Made by a program: the position numbers and the translations under genes. A stretch of DNA of 64,000 bases from Camelus dromedarius (Eukaryota), in NCBI RefSeq assembly GCF_036321535.1, contig NC_087436.1, positions 101,062,001 to 101,126,000 on the forward strand, read 5' to 3'. The stretch's first letter is position 1. Every line of letters starts with the position of its first letter. Of the stretch, positions 27,294 to 40,140 are shown piece by piece. The notes beneath the pieces are model-generated. The model was not told the DNA's origin. It made no database searches and saw only the letters and a list, made by a program, of their open reading frames with translations.

Positions 27294-28959
27294 ATTGCAC
27301 ACAAGCTTTGTTGCTTTAGGCATGTCTTTCTCCGACAGCTACAACTTCCTCTTTTTACCCCTCATCGCTGACTAATCAATACACAATGAGGTGCCAGAGT
27401 AATTTCCTTTTTATAAGACTCTCACCACTTCCTGACACTTTTCACATGTCTTCCCTAATTATTTTCTGATTTTGACACCAGATAGAGAGTTCTTGTTCCC
27501 GCTAACAGGCATGAGCTCTCCACACATTGGCCCAACTTCTTTGGCTCAGTCCTAACCTGTCAAGCTTTTTTGGGGGTCCTTTATTTCTGTCACCTTCTCA
27601 AAGAAACGACATGTCCCAGGCTCACTTTGTCCTTGCATCCTAAGTGGTCTTTTTTCTGTCTAATAGTCACTACTATTCTCACAAAATACTTCTTAAAATT
27701 TTCATAATACCTCTCAAAAGTCTCCCTAAGGAGACTTTTCATGGAAAGGAAAAAGTAGAAAACAAGAAAGTGTTAACTTCTGTCAGGGCTGGTGCAGAAT
27801 ATATTACACAATATATGCCATAGGTAAATGACTCACGGCTTGTTTCTCAAGTAAATGCCTGCTCTGTGGGGTCTAAACAAAATTTTAATTTTAAACTGAA
27901 GTTCTTAACAAATGTGCCTCCAAATGTGCATGCAATATTATAATACCCATATAAGGTGTTATAACAAAGTAGCCTTCTGAATGCATTAAGCATAGTGGGT
28001 GTATCTACACTATCATCTGCACAGTCTCTACTTTAAAACATTTTTGGATCTTAAATGCAAAAAAGTAATGATAAGAACAGTTGTTTTAACTTCTCACATC
28101 CTATGCACATTAAGCCCAAAATAAATATAAATTTAATATATTACAGGCTTGGCATATGTTTCCTGCAACTTCGCCTATAAATAATTTCCATTCTGATGCA
28201 CTTTCCTATTTCTTAGGTGAAAAAAAGGTAAGAATATTAACATTAGAGGTTGATGTTAATGCATATTGCAATCTGTTACCTTCACTGGCTGATGAACTCG
28301 TGAGTGGCCCAGGATGAAGTGGAGGGAAGGGAACTGAAATTTCCAGTCACTGACATTCTTCGCAGACATCATGGCAACACGTGTCATCAGCACTCATGAA
28401 TGTTACGGACGTACTTGGTTAGGAGCCCCATTTGTTCCTTGGAGAACAATACAACCTCAGAAACAACTTCCGTAACTGTTGAACAGCATACACCTGAAAA
28501 CTCAGTGACACTAATTTCCCCTCCCTCACAGGACAGAAGAGAACACTCACAAGCCCTGTGGAAATTAACAGCCCACGTCTGGGTAGCCGCAGGACTACAA
28601 GGCTTCTTAATAAATCTCTGCCAAATAAATAGATGGTAACTATGTCTCGAAGATACATAGAAAATTGAATTAACTGATCCTCCCTTAACTAAAAACCTTA
28701 AGATAAGAACCAAAGCACGTATAGATTCAGGTGAACTTCAATCACTTCCCCATAAATTCAGAGGGAGTCTAAGTGAGGCCAGTGCTGAGAAACCTGCAGT
28801 CTATTTGTGTAGAATAGACTTACACATTAATCTAGGGAAGAGCGATAGAACACTCTGGAAAGTGTAAAAGAAATTAGAACTGTTACTCTGATCCTGCCAC
28901 AAACAGAATGCAGAAGCTTAGGCTAGTCACTTAGACTCTCCAGTCTTTCTCTAAAGAAT

Positions 28960-29011
28960 CTTATGAATGGAACTGTCTCCCCCAAATCTTAGGTTGAAGT
29001 CTTAGCTCCCA
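28960..29011 (+). mobile_element. MLT1B/C LTR 5' fragment
   Basis: ttatgaatggaactgtctcccccaaatcttaggttgaagtcttagctccca, similar to the start of the LTR at 30915. Confidence 0.55.
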
Positions 29012-30092
29012 TAGTCCAACTGAAACAACTATGAACTTTCTGAGCCATTAGATTATAGACAGCTTTCAAATACTATTAAAGTGATTCAAACTTTTATTCT
29101 TTAAAATTAAAAAAAAAAGTCTCTAAATAAATAACAAAAACACAAGAGTATATTTCTACAGATTTGAATTTATTGAAGCCAGTGTCAAGGTGACATTTAT
29201 ATGAACAGGGCAGCATATCGCATAACATACTCAACATATAGAAATAAAAATATCACTTTAAAGCTGAACCTCATGACCCCATGAATATATTGCAAAACAA
29301 CCAATGTGACCCATATTTCATTTTTCTTTAAGGAAAGAGAGAAACTAGCTAATCCTCATAATTGCTTCTCTGCAAGTAGTTCTCATTATTTAGAGATACA
29401 TAAGTCTAAATTAAATTTACATTTGAAGTTACTAACAACAAAATTTAGGTGTTTAATTTGTAATTAGCTATTTTACTACTCTAATTCTAATTCTATATTA
29501 CTACTCTATTTCTTCTAAAAAGTCTTCATCCTTATTTGTTTCCAATAGAACAAGGCAAGTTTCTGAAAATCATTAATTTAAACTAACCAAGGAAAATATA
29601 TCTATATCTAAAAAAATTTCTCAAGTACACATTAGCAAAATGTTATCAAATTTCATGTATTTATTTTAATTGGAAGGATTTTAAAATAGCATTCGAACCC
29701 TCAGGTGTAATGGATACGTGTTTTATACCAAAGTTGGCTCTAAAGCAAAATTCCATTTATTGAATTCCATTTTCCTTTAAATGCCAATTGCAGCATGCAT
29801 GAGAAACTTCAGGCATAGTCTGTCTGGAGGACAGAGTGGTTGCCTTAACAGTCTGATGCTTTTAGCCTCCCTTGTTGAGCAGAAATTGTGTAGAGAATAG
29901 AAGAGAAACCATTCCTTCACCCTAATATAACTGATAAATTAGAAAAAGAAATTACTTAGGCTTGAATAATCATCATGTATTCATACAGTTCACTCCTTGA
30001 CTTAAATTCAGCAAAAATAAAATTCAATAATACATCCCATTGCTGAGTAACAAGAGAAGCCAATTGTAACCATGAAGCCCAATATGAGTGGA

Positions 30093-30325
30093 CAACGTTT
30101 ACTGAGTGCTTATTAAGTGCCAGGCACTGGTCTAATTACTTTACATGTATTAACTCACTGAATCTTCATGAGCAGGCTAAAATGTGGACATTATCATTGC
30201 ATCTATTTTAATGATGAGAAAAATGAAGCCTGGTGATACGAAGGAGTTTATCCAAGATCAAACACTCTGAAGGGGCAGTCTGGCTTCAGAGTTCTTGCTT
30301 ATACCCAGTCTGTTATGCTGTCTCT
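30093..30325 (-). mobile_element. MIR SINE, near full length
   Basis: aacgtttactgagtgcttattaagtgccaggcactggtctaattactttacatgtattaactcactgaatcttca...gcagtctggcttcagagttcttgct. Confidence 0.9.
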
Positions 30326-30550
30326 GCAAAAAGACCTGCAGAGACAGCTACATCTGCCATCCACCGTGTGGATGATTTACGTGAAATGTAAATTCTGTTG
30401 ATGAGGGACTAGCACTTAAGCAAGGTGAAGCTGTTCAAGGTCACTGCTACTCAGTGATGGCTGGAATTTGAATGTATGTGTGTCTGAATCCAGAGATGGG
30501 CTTCATTTTGTAACGTTCACATCCAGATGATGACGGACTACAGCCTAGCA

Positions 30551-30773
30551 CAGCGGTCTGAAAACTACTGCCCACCGGCAAAATCCAGCCCGCCACCAGT
30601 TTTTGTAAATAAAGTTGTGTTGGAACTTACAGGCCCCTGCTCATTCATTCACTACTGACCATGACTGCTTTTCTGCTATAGTGACAGAGTGGAGTCACCG
30701 TGACTGAGACTAAATGGCCCACAAAGCAGAAGGGAATATCTGGGCCTTTACAAAAAGTCTTTGCTGACCCCTG
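30551..30773. mobile_element. MER58A hAT MITE, full length
   Basis: TIRs cagcggtctgaaaa / tttgctgacccctg with internal gtttttgtaaataaagttgtgttggaac. The 8-bp TSD gcctagca / gtctagga matches at 6/8. Confidence 0.9.
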
Positions 30774-30914
30774 GTCTAGGATGCCTCTAGCTGAGATCGT
30801 GGCCGGGTTCAAAGAACCGTGTTACGATCATAGTTGCCATCCTTTGTATTTAATTTATAAATAGGCAAAAATTGCTAAAGATATTTTTTTAAAAACCAAA
30901 GGAGCTCAAAATTC

Positions 30915-31359
30915 TGTTATAGGTTGAATTGCTTCCCCCAAGAAGATAGGTTGAAGTTCTAATCCCTGATGCCCAAGAATGTGACATTGTTTGGAAGACA
31001 GAGTCTGTGCAGAGGGATCAGGGTAAGATGAGGTTGTTAGTGTGCACCCTGATCCAATTTGACTGCTGTCCTCATAAGAAGAGGGAAACGCCAGGCGAGA
31101 CTGAGACACAGAAAGAGGATGTCATGTGATGATGGATGGATTGACTGGACAAATGTAGCCAAAGGATGACAAGGATCGGGGCCCCCTCCAGAAACTGAAA
31201 AGAACCAAGGCAAGATTCTACGCAGAGTCGCAGAGGGATCAGGGCCCTGCTGACACCGGATTCCAGACTTTCAGCCTCCAGAACTGTGAGGAAATAAGTT
31301 TCTGTGGCTTTGAGCAGTCACTCTGCGGAACTTCATTACGGCTGTCCTAGACATTACCA
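30915..31359 (+). mobile_element. MLT1B/C MaLR solo LTR
   Basis: tgttataggttgaattg...gttgaagttctaatccc...gccctgctgacaccggattccagactttcagcctccagaactgtgaggaaataagtttctgtgg. Confidence 0.9.
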
Positions 31360-31414
31360 CGCTCTTTAGGGTAAGCAGAGACATAGGACAGCACTAAAGT
31401 ACTTATTTTGAATA

Positions 31415-31830
31415 GTGTATCACAGGTAACCAGCTGACCACCAACAATCTGTTTTTTTTTTTTTTTTTCAGTAGAGTTATAATTGGGAGGTATCCATTCA
31501 GCCAGGGACAACATTTCCCAACCCCACTGGCTTTAGTCAGGGCCAGGAGACTCCCACTCACCAACTGAATACCAGTAGAAACATAATGTCCCAAGTGACT
31601 AAGGAAGCTGTCTGCATTTTTTGGGCTGGATGCAGAGGGTCTAGTAAATGGCTTAAAAGCCCTAGGGATGGTGGAGCCACAAGATGAAAGGCACTCAGGC
31701 CCTGGGAGTCTGCATGGAATAAAACTCTACCTACTGCCAACTGACCTTCATGTTAGTGAGAAGGAATATTCCATTAGGTTAAGCCCTGGAAATGTTTTTA
31801 TGTTAAATCAGTTAACATGACATCAACTAT
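31415..31830 (+). mobile_element. Old MaLR LTR (MLT1H/I-like)
   Basis: gatggtggagccacaagatgaaaggcactcaggccctg...tagtgagaaggaatattccattaggttaagccctggaaat. Confidence 0.65.
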
Positions 31831-33524
31831 ATTAAATATTAAACACAAAATCTAGTTACTCTCCAGAACTTGAAATCCTCATGGGTGTTACATTATGATT
31901 TCCCTGTAAATATTTTTAAAACCAAATGGAGAAGGACCTCATCAATGTACAGTTTACAGGCGTATCAACCAAAGGTCAAGCAACATTTGCCATCAGCACA
32001 AAGTCTACAGAGGAGCCAAATAAAATATGGGGCAAGAGAACATCCAAACTGCTGCTACATGGTGAACCAAAAAGGTGTAAACTCAGAATTTTGGTCATAG
32101 AAGATGTTTACATGTACCAAGAAGTAAAAAATCTAGTGGTAAGACTTAGTCAGGGACATTTTAGATTAAAATTTAAAAAAAAGCAGCCCTAAGATCAACG
32201 TGATGCATGGACAGGATTGTGCTCAAAGCAAAGTGTGAGACAAAAGGTGAGGACCCATGAGTCACACACAACACACCCTCCTGCAAACAATGGCTTCCGA
32301 GTGATGCCAAAATGAGATCTTTCCGTGGGTGCAACAGGGAAATCAATTGGTGCTATTTTTGCACTTCCTAGATGGGATAGCACACTTAGAGAACAGTGTC
32401 TGTCAAAGAAGAGTCTTGAAACCTGCAACTCCATAGAGGTTATCTACGACTAGGAAGAACAGTTACCCGCCCCAAGTAAAGGAGGATGAGCTATTAGATG
32501 TAAAATTTTCCAAATGAGACTTATGTTTTTCCTTTCTTTTTTTTTTTAATTAAGTCAATTTGATTATTTTCTGAATTTGCATAGGCAAAACTGCAATTTA
32601 TTAATTGATTTTTGTCAGTGTTTCCCTTGCCTCTGAATGCAAACTTCTTTTTTACAGTAAGGCCTAATGAGACTGGAGGTTTACCTTCTTGGGGCGGCAT
32701 GCTGCTCCACCATCAGTGGCAAGGCTACCATCTTGGAACTGGTGCTCTCCCTTGTAATATTTCTGTGCAATCTGACAGAAGGAATCCAAAATTATCACTT
32801 TGTTCTCTATCACTAGCTGAGGGGAAAAAAAAAAAAGGTTGGTAACATCCTTGGCTTCCTTTAGATTTTGTATATTTTTAATTCACTCTTTTCCATTTTG
32901 CTAATTCTTTTCCATACGGGTGAACTATTTTTGCGGATAAAGCCTCAAAAAGTAAAGTAAAAAAGTCTTTGAGTGGAACTCACACTGTACAGCAGAAAGC
33001 CAGAGTTACAGACAGAAACATCTGTCAACATATGGTGCTACAGATGCATTGTAACACTTTTGGGTTTGACAGCTTTGCATTGGATGTGCTCTTGAGTAAA
33101 AGAACAAATTGCTTTTGTTTTCTTGGATTCTAAAACAACAGGTCTATGCTAGGGATCAAGAATTTCCAACTCTAGATCCTGGCTTTCATCAGTCACACTT
33201 ACATAAACACAGATTTTCCTTTTTTCCATCAGGGGTTTATCATTTAGTTATACGGTTTAAATGCACACAAGGAGCAAAAGAATAGGGGAAAAAAAATAAG
33301 CACTTGGAATTGCTGTTACACAAAAATTAGTCTTTAAAGAAGCATCATAAAATGGAAGGCATTGAAGTTTCCTTGTCAAGTAGCTAGATCAGAAAATATA
33401 CAATGCTTGTTCCCAAGTGTTCAGGAAAAGGCAGAGACAATTCAGCAAGGAATTTCAGTCAACAGTGCAATGTTTAAAATTGGAGTTTTGCAAGCGGCAC
33501 CATTTTGTATGATCCTAACATGCA

Positions 33525-33640
33525 AATGAACCTAAATCACCATTTCTTCATCTCTAAAATAGCATTATAATAGGGATTAAACGAGGTGATGTATGTAAAA
33601 CACTTAGCACCATGCCTGGCATACAGGAATTTCGCCAGAA
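33525..33640 (+). mobile_element. MIR SINE 3' half
   Basis: tttcttcatctctaaaat...gggattaaacgaggtgatgtatgtaaaacacttagcaccatgcctggcatacagg. Confidence 0.85.
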
Positions 33641-34179
33641 ATGGTATCTTTAAAAAGTGAATATTCATGACAGTTGGTATCATTAACTGAAGTCCTAGTT
33701 AGTAGTGCATGAATTTTTATTTCTGTCAGAATACATTTCTGACAGCACTACTGAAAAGTAGTGAAAATGATGGATTTTACAAGATGTGTAATGATGGATA
33801 ATAACGATTAATAATAACTAATATGGCTTCAAATTTGAGCCTCTTTTAGGGAGAGGTTTTGTGACATCCTCATATGCCAACATGATTGACAGACCTAAAT
33901 TTCAACATATATTAAAAATATCATGCAATTTTTAAGTGCATCCTAATCTGGAACTATATGTTAGTTTCTCGAAATGAGCATTTCATCTCTGATAAAATCC
34001 AAACAGCTCTTTTGAATTGCCCAACAATCAGAATGAAAAATGAATGCCATTTTCCCCTCAGGTGATCCAGACATGTGACAGGGAAAAGCAGGCAGACTCC
34101 ACATCATCCCGTGCAGTCTGTCTTTACTTCTTACGAGGAAAGTGGCAATGCCTTTTTTTTTTTTTTTAAATCTAAGATG

Positions 34180-34330
34180 TCCCTGACTAAGTCTTCTGTG
34201 GATTCCTGCCAAGTGAAAAGCATTGTGCTGGGCTCTCAGATGGATACACGGATGTATAAAAGCTTGCCTTTCCTTCCCCCAAGAAGCTTCCAACTTAGGT
34301 GCTGAGACACAGGAGGAAAACATGAATATA
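34180..34330 (-). mobile_element. L2 3' fragment
   Basis: agcattgtgctgggctctcagatggatacacggatgtataaaa...ccccaagaagcttccaacttag. Confidence 0.6.
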
Positions 34331-36801
34331 TGAATGTAAAAGTTATTGCAGAGGTCACGGACCATCTCAAAAGAGGCGATTTTCATTGCTTTTTGTTCAA
34401 TAATTATTTGATTATAAGGTGCCCTGGAGTGTATGACAAATGCCCTAGATGATCACAAAGCCTATCACTAACCACACATATTTTCTCCCTGCTTGGAGTA
34501 TATCCTTGAAAAATCAAACAATTTCCTGGAAGGGAGCTTTTGGGAAATATTAAACTAGCCCCTTACCTCCAGCCCCACTTTTCTCTACCTTAACACACAA
34601 GAGGCTAACTCTACATGGAATGACTGAATCAAATGAGAACAGCAAGGTCAAACCAGCAAGAATTCTCAAGCTGTGGTTTGTGTTTCTGGAAAGCCACAGC
34701 GAGCTCTGATCTATGCACCCGGACAGGAAGCCTGGGCTGACATATAACTTGATCTCATCACCCTAGGGAAACAGAATCTCTAGATAAGCAGCAAGGGAGG
34801 GTGCTGGAAAGACATTTGCCGTTCCTACCCCACGGATCTTAGTTTTAACTCACACTTAAGGGTGGGGTTGTATTTCTTGTCCCCCCTTCTGTCTAGCTCT
34901 GTGTTCTGGAAAAGCAACAATAACAACAAACACTAACGCAGGTTTGCTGCCCGATCACGTGAGAGTCACATGCAGACTTCTTTATTAGCTGATGGAGGCC
35001 TTCGTCTGTTCTTTTCAAGCCCTATTTCTCTGTAAACTATTATCTTATTCCAATTTACCATGTAAGGTCCTCAGAGAAGGAGTAAAAATCCATCAAAAAG
35101 AACAATACTGTTTTTTTCTTCTTTTTTTTGCCCAAGATACTATTCGTGGAAGCCGTTTCCCTTTTATGGCCATGGCTGGAAAGCAAATGATTACTCAGCA
35201 AAGCTGTCTAAGCACAATATTCATTCACTTCATCTCACAGAAATGCAACCTGAAAAACTGAACAGAAAAGTCAGAAACTGGTGTAAATTTGGTCTAACGT
35301 TATAGCCACCAGCCTAAAAATGCCTCTGTTATAAATGTCTGCATCAGATAAGGGAGACAGAGGGTGCAAGAGAAAGTTATGTGGACTTTGGGGTCAACCA
35401 GATCTCAGTTTTTTCTCAGTTTCAGTTTTAGCTACACAAAACGACTAAGCACCTATTACCTTAAAGTCACAACGATAATGATAATAATAATGCTAATAGT
35501 TTCTTGGAGAAGCTTAGGGAATTTAATGAAATCCTATGGATTCTTGGGTAATAAAGTAAACCTGTTGGTAGTAAGTGAAAGTAAACTTTTCAAACCACCG
35601 TCATAACTAACACACGAATAAAATTAAACTTCCTAATATAGTACTTTACCATGGAAATACCGGCTTCATTCATCTTACCAAGTAAAGCAATGAGGGTAAA
35701 GGAGGAACAGGAAGGAGTCATAGGATACTGAGCAGAAATAGCTCAAGATTATCAGCTAATAACAGAGCTTTAAAAAGCAAGAGGGGGGTGAGATCATGTT
35801 CACTTAACAAATGGGAATTTAATATATACAGCTTCAGGGAAAGAAACAGAGGGAGACCAGGCTGTGTACAAAATGTTGTCCAATTTTCCACTCCGTGAAT
35901 CTATGCCCCCAAATGTGAGATGATAGAGATTGATCTGCTCTTCCCCAGTCATCTGAGTTCCAAACTTTCTCCCAGCATGTGAGGGTCTCTCCTGCCAAGT
36001 GTGATTCAAGGGTCAAATAACACATAGTCTTCCTACAACATATTCTACAAGTATGCCAACTGCTTTGGCTGGGACCTAACTTAAGAGTCAATGTCTTGTC
36101 ACCAGAGAAAATAATGGCTATGTTGGAAAGAGAGAGGTGTGTACACTTTCATCAGGTTTTTTTAATGAGGTTTTTCTAAGGTAATTTTCCTCAAAATATG
36201 ATGCTGTTGTGAATCATTAAGAATATAAATTATCATTTACTTTTAATTATTATCTCCTGGCCTAAATGTCACAGCTATAAGAACACTACAAGATTACAAG
36301 TTGATGTTTAATATGGATAAAGCAACCATTGCTCAGGTGCTCAAATCCCCTTTGGTAGAACCATCTACCAAACAATGGTCCAGCCTCTGTTTAAGATCCT
36401 GAAGAGACAGACACTCACTACCTGCCAGGATTTCCATTTTGTTTCTGGATGTGCCCCATCTGAATACTCTAATACTGATCAGAGGCTACTTTTCCTGTAG
36501 CTTTTCATTACTGTCCTGAATACTACAACTTAACTCCTCTTGAACATGACAAATCTTCAAAAACTGAAATTTTTAAAATGCAGCCTTGTAAACATTCTAA
36601 GTCTTATATTCTTCAAGTCAAACATTATTAATATCTTCACCCTTTCTTTGCATGAACCTTTCGCCATCCTGACTTCCTACCTCTTAAAAATAAGTCTTTT
36701 TTTTAGGTATTTTGTCACTTGTTACCTGAGATGTCTAAAAATAAGCACAAGTGCTGGTTTGAAATTTAAGGAGCTTTCCAGGTAAAATCTGAAACTGCCC
36801 C

Positions 36802-37179
36802 TGTACACAGAGGGCAAGGGGAGACCAAAGAAAGAGGTAAATCACTCCAGATTAGAAGGTGACAGGTTTGATAAGCAAGGGAGCTCACAGACCAGGCTTA
36901 TCTTAGGTGGCTGCAAGGTGAGTTGATCTCAGCACCCACTTGCCAGAATCTTAAAAGTTCATACAGAGACCTTCACTGGGTTCAGTCACAAACACTGTCC
37001 AGATGGTCTCAACAATCCATCGCTCTCTCAAGGCTGCGTCCTTGAAGATGGCTCCCGCTGTGGGAACAGCGGGTAGAAGGTACATTTCAAGGGTGGAGGA
37101 GGGGGAGGAGTCTCTGGTTGTCTGGGTCCTGCTTGCAACTCAACCAGAAGTCTCATCCTCTCGATGCCTTCCTCCAACA
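36802..37179 (-). mobile_element. ERV (probably ERV1-class) solo LTR
   Basis: The minus strand reads TGTTGGAGG...TGTACA (TG...CA ends). The body cactccagatt..ggtgacaggtttgataagcaagggagc...gccagaatcttaaaagtt resembles a Laurasiatherian ERV LTR from memory. No clean TSD seen. Confidence 0.65.
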
Positions 37180-37944
37180 ACAATGCAACTGGTAGAGTCT
37201 GACCAGTATGGGGCCATCCCTCAGCAACTGCTTCTCAAATGCTATAATCTTAATCAAGCACTCAAAAATCACACGGGCTCATTTCATTGTGAGAGAAACA
37301 CTCAGTGCTGACTGATTAAACTTACAGTCACATGCAGTTCCTGAAGATGTTTTCATCCTTGTTGCTTTCAAAGTTCATCCCCCTTATTCTTTATTTGAAC
37401 GTTACCTTTTTAAAAAAAGTTTCCATTATCCATAGTAAATAGCATCTTCTAAGACCCCACCCTCAATCCAGCCTGTGAGAACCTTTTACGCTTGTTCACT
37501 CTGAGATGTTTACACCCTGCACCAAGCCACAGTATCCTGGCAACCAGGAATGTGGAACCGCAACAGGAGTTTCCTCAGCTGAACTTTGTAAATACAAACT
37601 TGTTCATTCACCGTGTAAGACAGCTGTTTGAAGAGAGTACAAAAGCATCTAATTTTTATGGACTGACTTTACTGTGCAATAAATAGTCTGTCATCCATTT
37701 AAGGTGACAGAATCTAGAATCTATAGCCTACAGATTCAGGAATAAAAAAAAATTAAGCCTCACTGTTTTCCTTAGTAAACCAAGCTGGTTCCCTTGATAT
37801 TAACATGACATGTACCTATGAATGTGGGTGTGTGTTTTCCAATAATTTATCTTTCTAATATGAAAGTTAAAGGGACTTTCTCATAGTAATTGTTTATTAA
37901 CTTTGAGTCTGCAACTTATTCCTTTTCAAGTAAGGAAGAGAATT

Positions 37945-38112
37945 AACACTGCACTTCCAGGTTTACTTCCATGTCTGTCTTTCACTATGAGCTTGGATGT
38001 CCTGAGAGGCGAGGGGACGTGCTCTATCGACGTTTGCTTCAAGGGTAATTAATATGCTCCTGCTATAATTAATACATTCCACTGAATGAATAAATATATA
38101 AGTGAATGGATG
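37945..38112 (+). mobile_element. L2 3' end
   Basis: tgtctgtctttcactatgagcttggatgtcctgagaggcgagggg...ctgaatgaataaat..gaatggatga. Confidence 0.6.
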
Positions 38113-38670
38113 AAAAGGTCATACAATTCAAAATCAATAAGGAAACAAAGAGATGGTCTTGGAATAATTAAGCAACTTCCTCTCTGGTTGCAGAATTCCT
38201 CTGCCAGTCTTTTGTGCACTGTGTTCAGCCGATTACAGATTAAAGTAATTACAGTGAATTCTTGATTACTAGCATGCGGTCTAGCTATTTTCTGGATTAC
38301 CTATCACAACTAATTCCAAACTTATCTGCTGCCACCCAGCATATGTCTGAGTTACAGTCAGCGTCGGTAATACCAGCTGCATGCTTCAGGAAAGCACATT
38401 TATGTTGATATTTCTGTACAGAATACATAATTATGCGATTCATTCTGGTGGAGGTTGGAGAGAACCAACAAGCATTCCAAAATAAAAGACAGGGATTGCT
38501 TTTTAATTCCCAGAGAAGATGAGATGATTTGGATAAAGGGTTCCAACAATTTATCTGTATCCCTCCATAAGAGCTTTGTGTAGCATAATCAGCATGCAGC
38601 CTATTCCCCACCCTGAGACTTGCTACCTGTCTCTATTACCCCTGATAACTGAAAATAATTGTGCTTTAGT

Positions 38671-40140
38671 AATTCATTCTTTCATCTAACAAATATTTAT
38701 GAAGTGCTACAGTGTACTAGGCAATGTGCTCAGTGATGGAGATCAAGCTTTCGGTAAGAACAAGTATGGTTCTTTCCCTTAAGGAGCTTAACATTTACTA
38801 TTGATTTAGACTTGGTGGTAGGCAAGAATGGTCCCCCAAAGATGTCCACAGCCTAATCCCTGATACCCATGATTATGTCATGTTACATGTCAAGAAAGAA
38901 CTGAAGTTGCAGATGGAAGTATGGTTTCTAATCAGCTGACTTTAATTCAGGCAGATGATCCTAGATTATCTGGGGGAGTCCAATGTAATCAGATGGGTCA
39001 TTAAGTGGGGAAGACGGTGGCAGAAGTATCAGAACCAGAGAGATATTAGGAGAAAGAACTGATTTGCCACATCTGGCTCTGAAGATGAAAGAGGAGCACA
39101 ACAAGAAATGCAGGCAGCCTCTAGAAGCAGGAAAGGCAAAAAATGGATTCTTCCTAGAGCCTCCAGAAAGAAATGCAGACCTACTTAACACCTTGATTTC
39201 AGCCATGTGAGACACACTTAGGACTTCTGACCTACAGAGCTGTAAAATATAAGTCTGTGTTGCATTGAGCCACTATGTTTGTAGTGATTTTTTTTTACAG
39301 CAGCAATAGGAGACTAATACAGACCTTCAATAAAGAATCAATCAGATTAGATTTTAATTGCAATTGTAGAATGCAAAGCTCAAGAAAATGTTATGTATAT
39401 GTACTTCAGAAAACTTACCTAAACTGGGGTGTTAGGAAAAGGATTACCTGAAACTTAAGCGGAGATTTCAGAGAAGGAAGAGATTTCAAACTAAATGAAA
39501 TAAATGTGGAAGAGATTTGCAGGAACAGAGAATAATGGGTATGATGGATCTAAGGAGAGAAGAAAGCTGGTATTGCTCAAAACCTGAACAGCCGCTGTGG
39601 ATGCTGCAAAGTGATTTTGTGAAGAAGGGGGCTTAGGCAATGCCAGGGAAGTGGCTGAAGATCAGACTATGCACGGTTTTATAAATGGCCATAATACAGA
39701 TTTCCAGCTTTATCCTATGGGCACTGGAACACTTCTGAAGACTTTATACAACAGAGAGATAGAACCAGATCTGTGTTTTCAGATCATCCAGGTTCATTTC
39801 TGGGTTATGAATTGAAGTGGGAAGAGCAGGTACATATAGGAAGGTCGTGCTGGACACTCAGCAGTGCAGATGGGTGGTAGTGGAGGCTGGTACTGCAGTG
39901 GATGCAGGAAAAATGTAGACAAAGGGACAGATTCAGGATTCTTTGGGGAAGTGGATTCTGTAAGACTTGGTGATTATTTGGAGATGGGATGGGAAAAGAA
40001 GAGCTGGCAGGAATGGCTCCCAGTCACTGTGTAAAGAATGGTTCCATATCCTGGGATTGAAAAATCTGCTGGCAAAGCAGCCTAAGAAAACAGACTAGGC
40101 ATTCCTTTGTGAATCTGCTCAGTTTGAGATGCCTCGGAGA
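38671..40140 (-). mobile_element. L2 element interrupted by the MLT1D LTR
   Basis: attcattctttcatctaacaaatatttatgaagtgctacagtgtactaggcaatgtgct lies left of the LTR. L2-like purine-rich sequence continues on the right (ctttatcctatgggcactggaac...gtaagacttggtgattatttggagatggg). Confidence 0.8.
38814..39321 (+). mobile_element. MLT1D MaLR solo LTR
   Basis: gtggtaggcaagaatggtcccccaaagatgtccac...ggattcttcctagagcctccagaaagaaatgcag...acagcagcaataggagactaataca. TSD gactt / gacct. Confidence 0.92.

Noticed and set aside
33723..33745. 9-bp hairpin ctgtcagaa-tacat-ttctgacag, and similar short palindromes at 181-198 and 55858-55867
   Set aside because: Short arms like these are expected by chance in 64 kb of AT-rich DNA.
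32141..34195. A novel DNA transposon with 27-bp TIRs
   Set aside because: The flanks ctagtggt / ctgtggat are not a clean TSD, there is no transposase ORF, the interior contains an ancient MIR, and the right arm overlaps an L2 end. Kept only as an inverted-repeat finding.
34712..34728. REST/RE1 site GCACC-C-GGACAG
   Set aside because: The spacer is 1 nt instead of the canonical 2 and the flanks mismatch.
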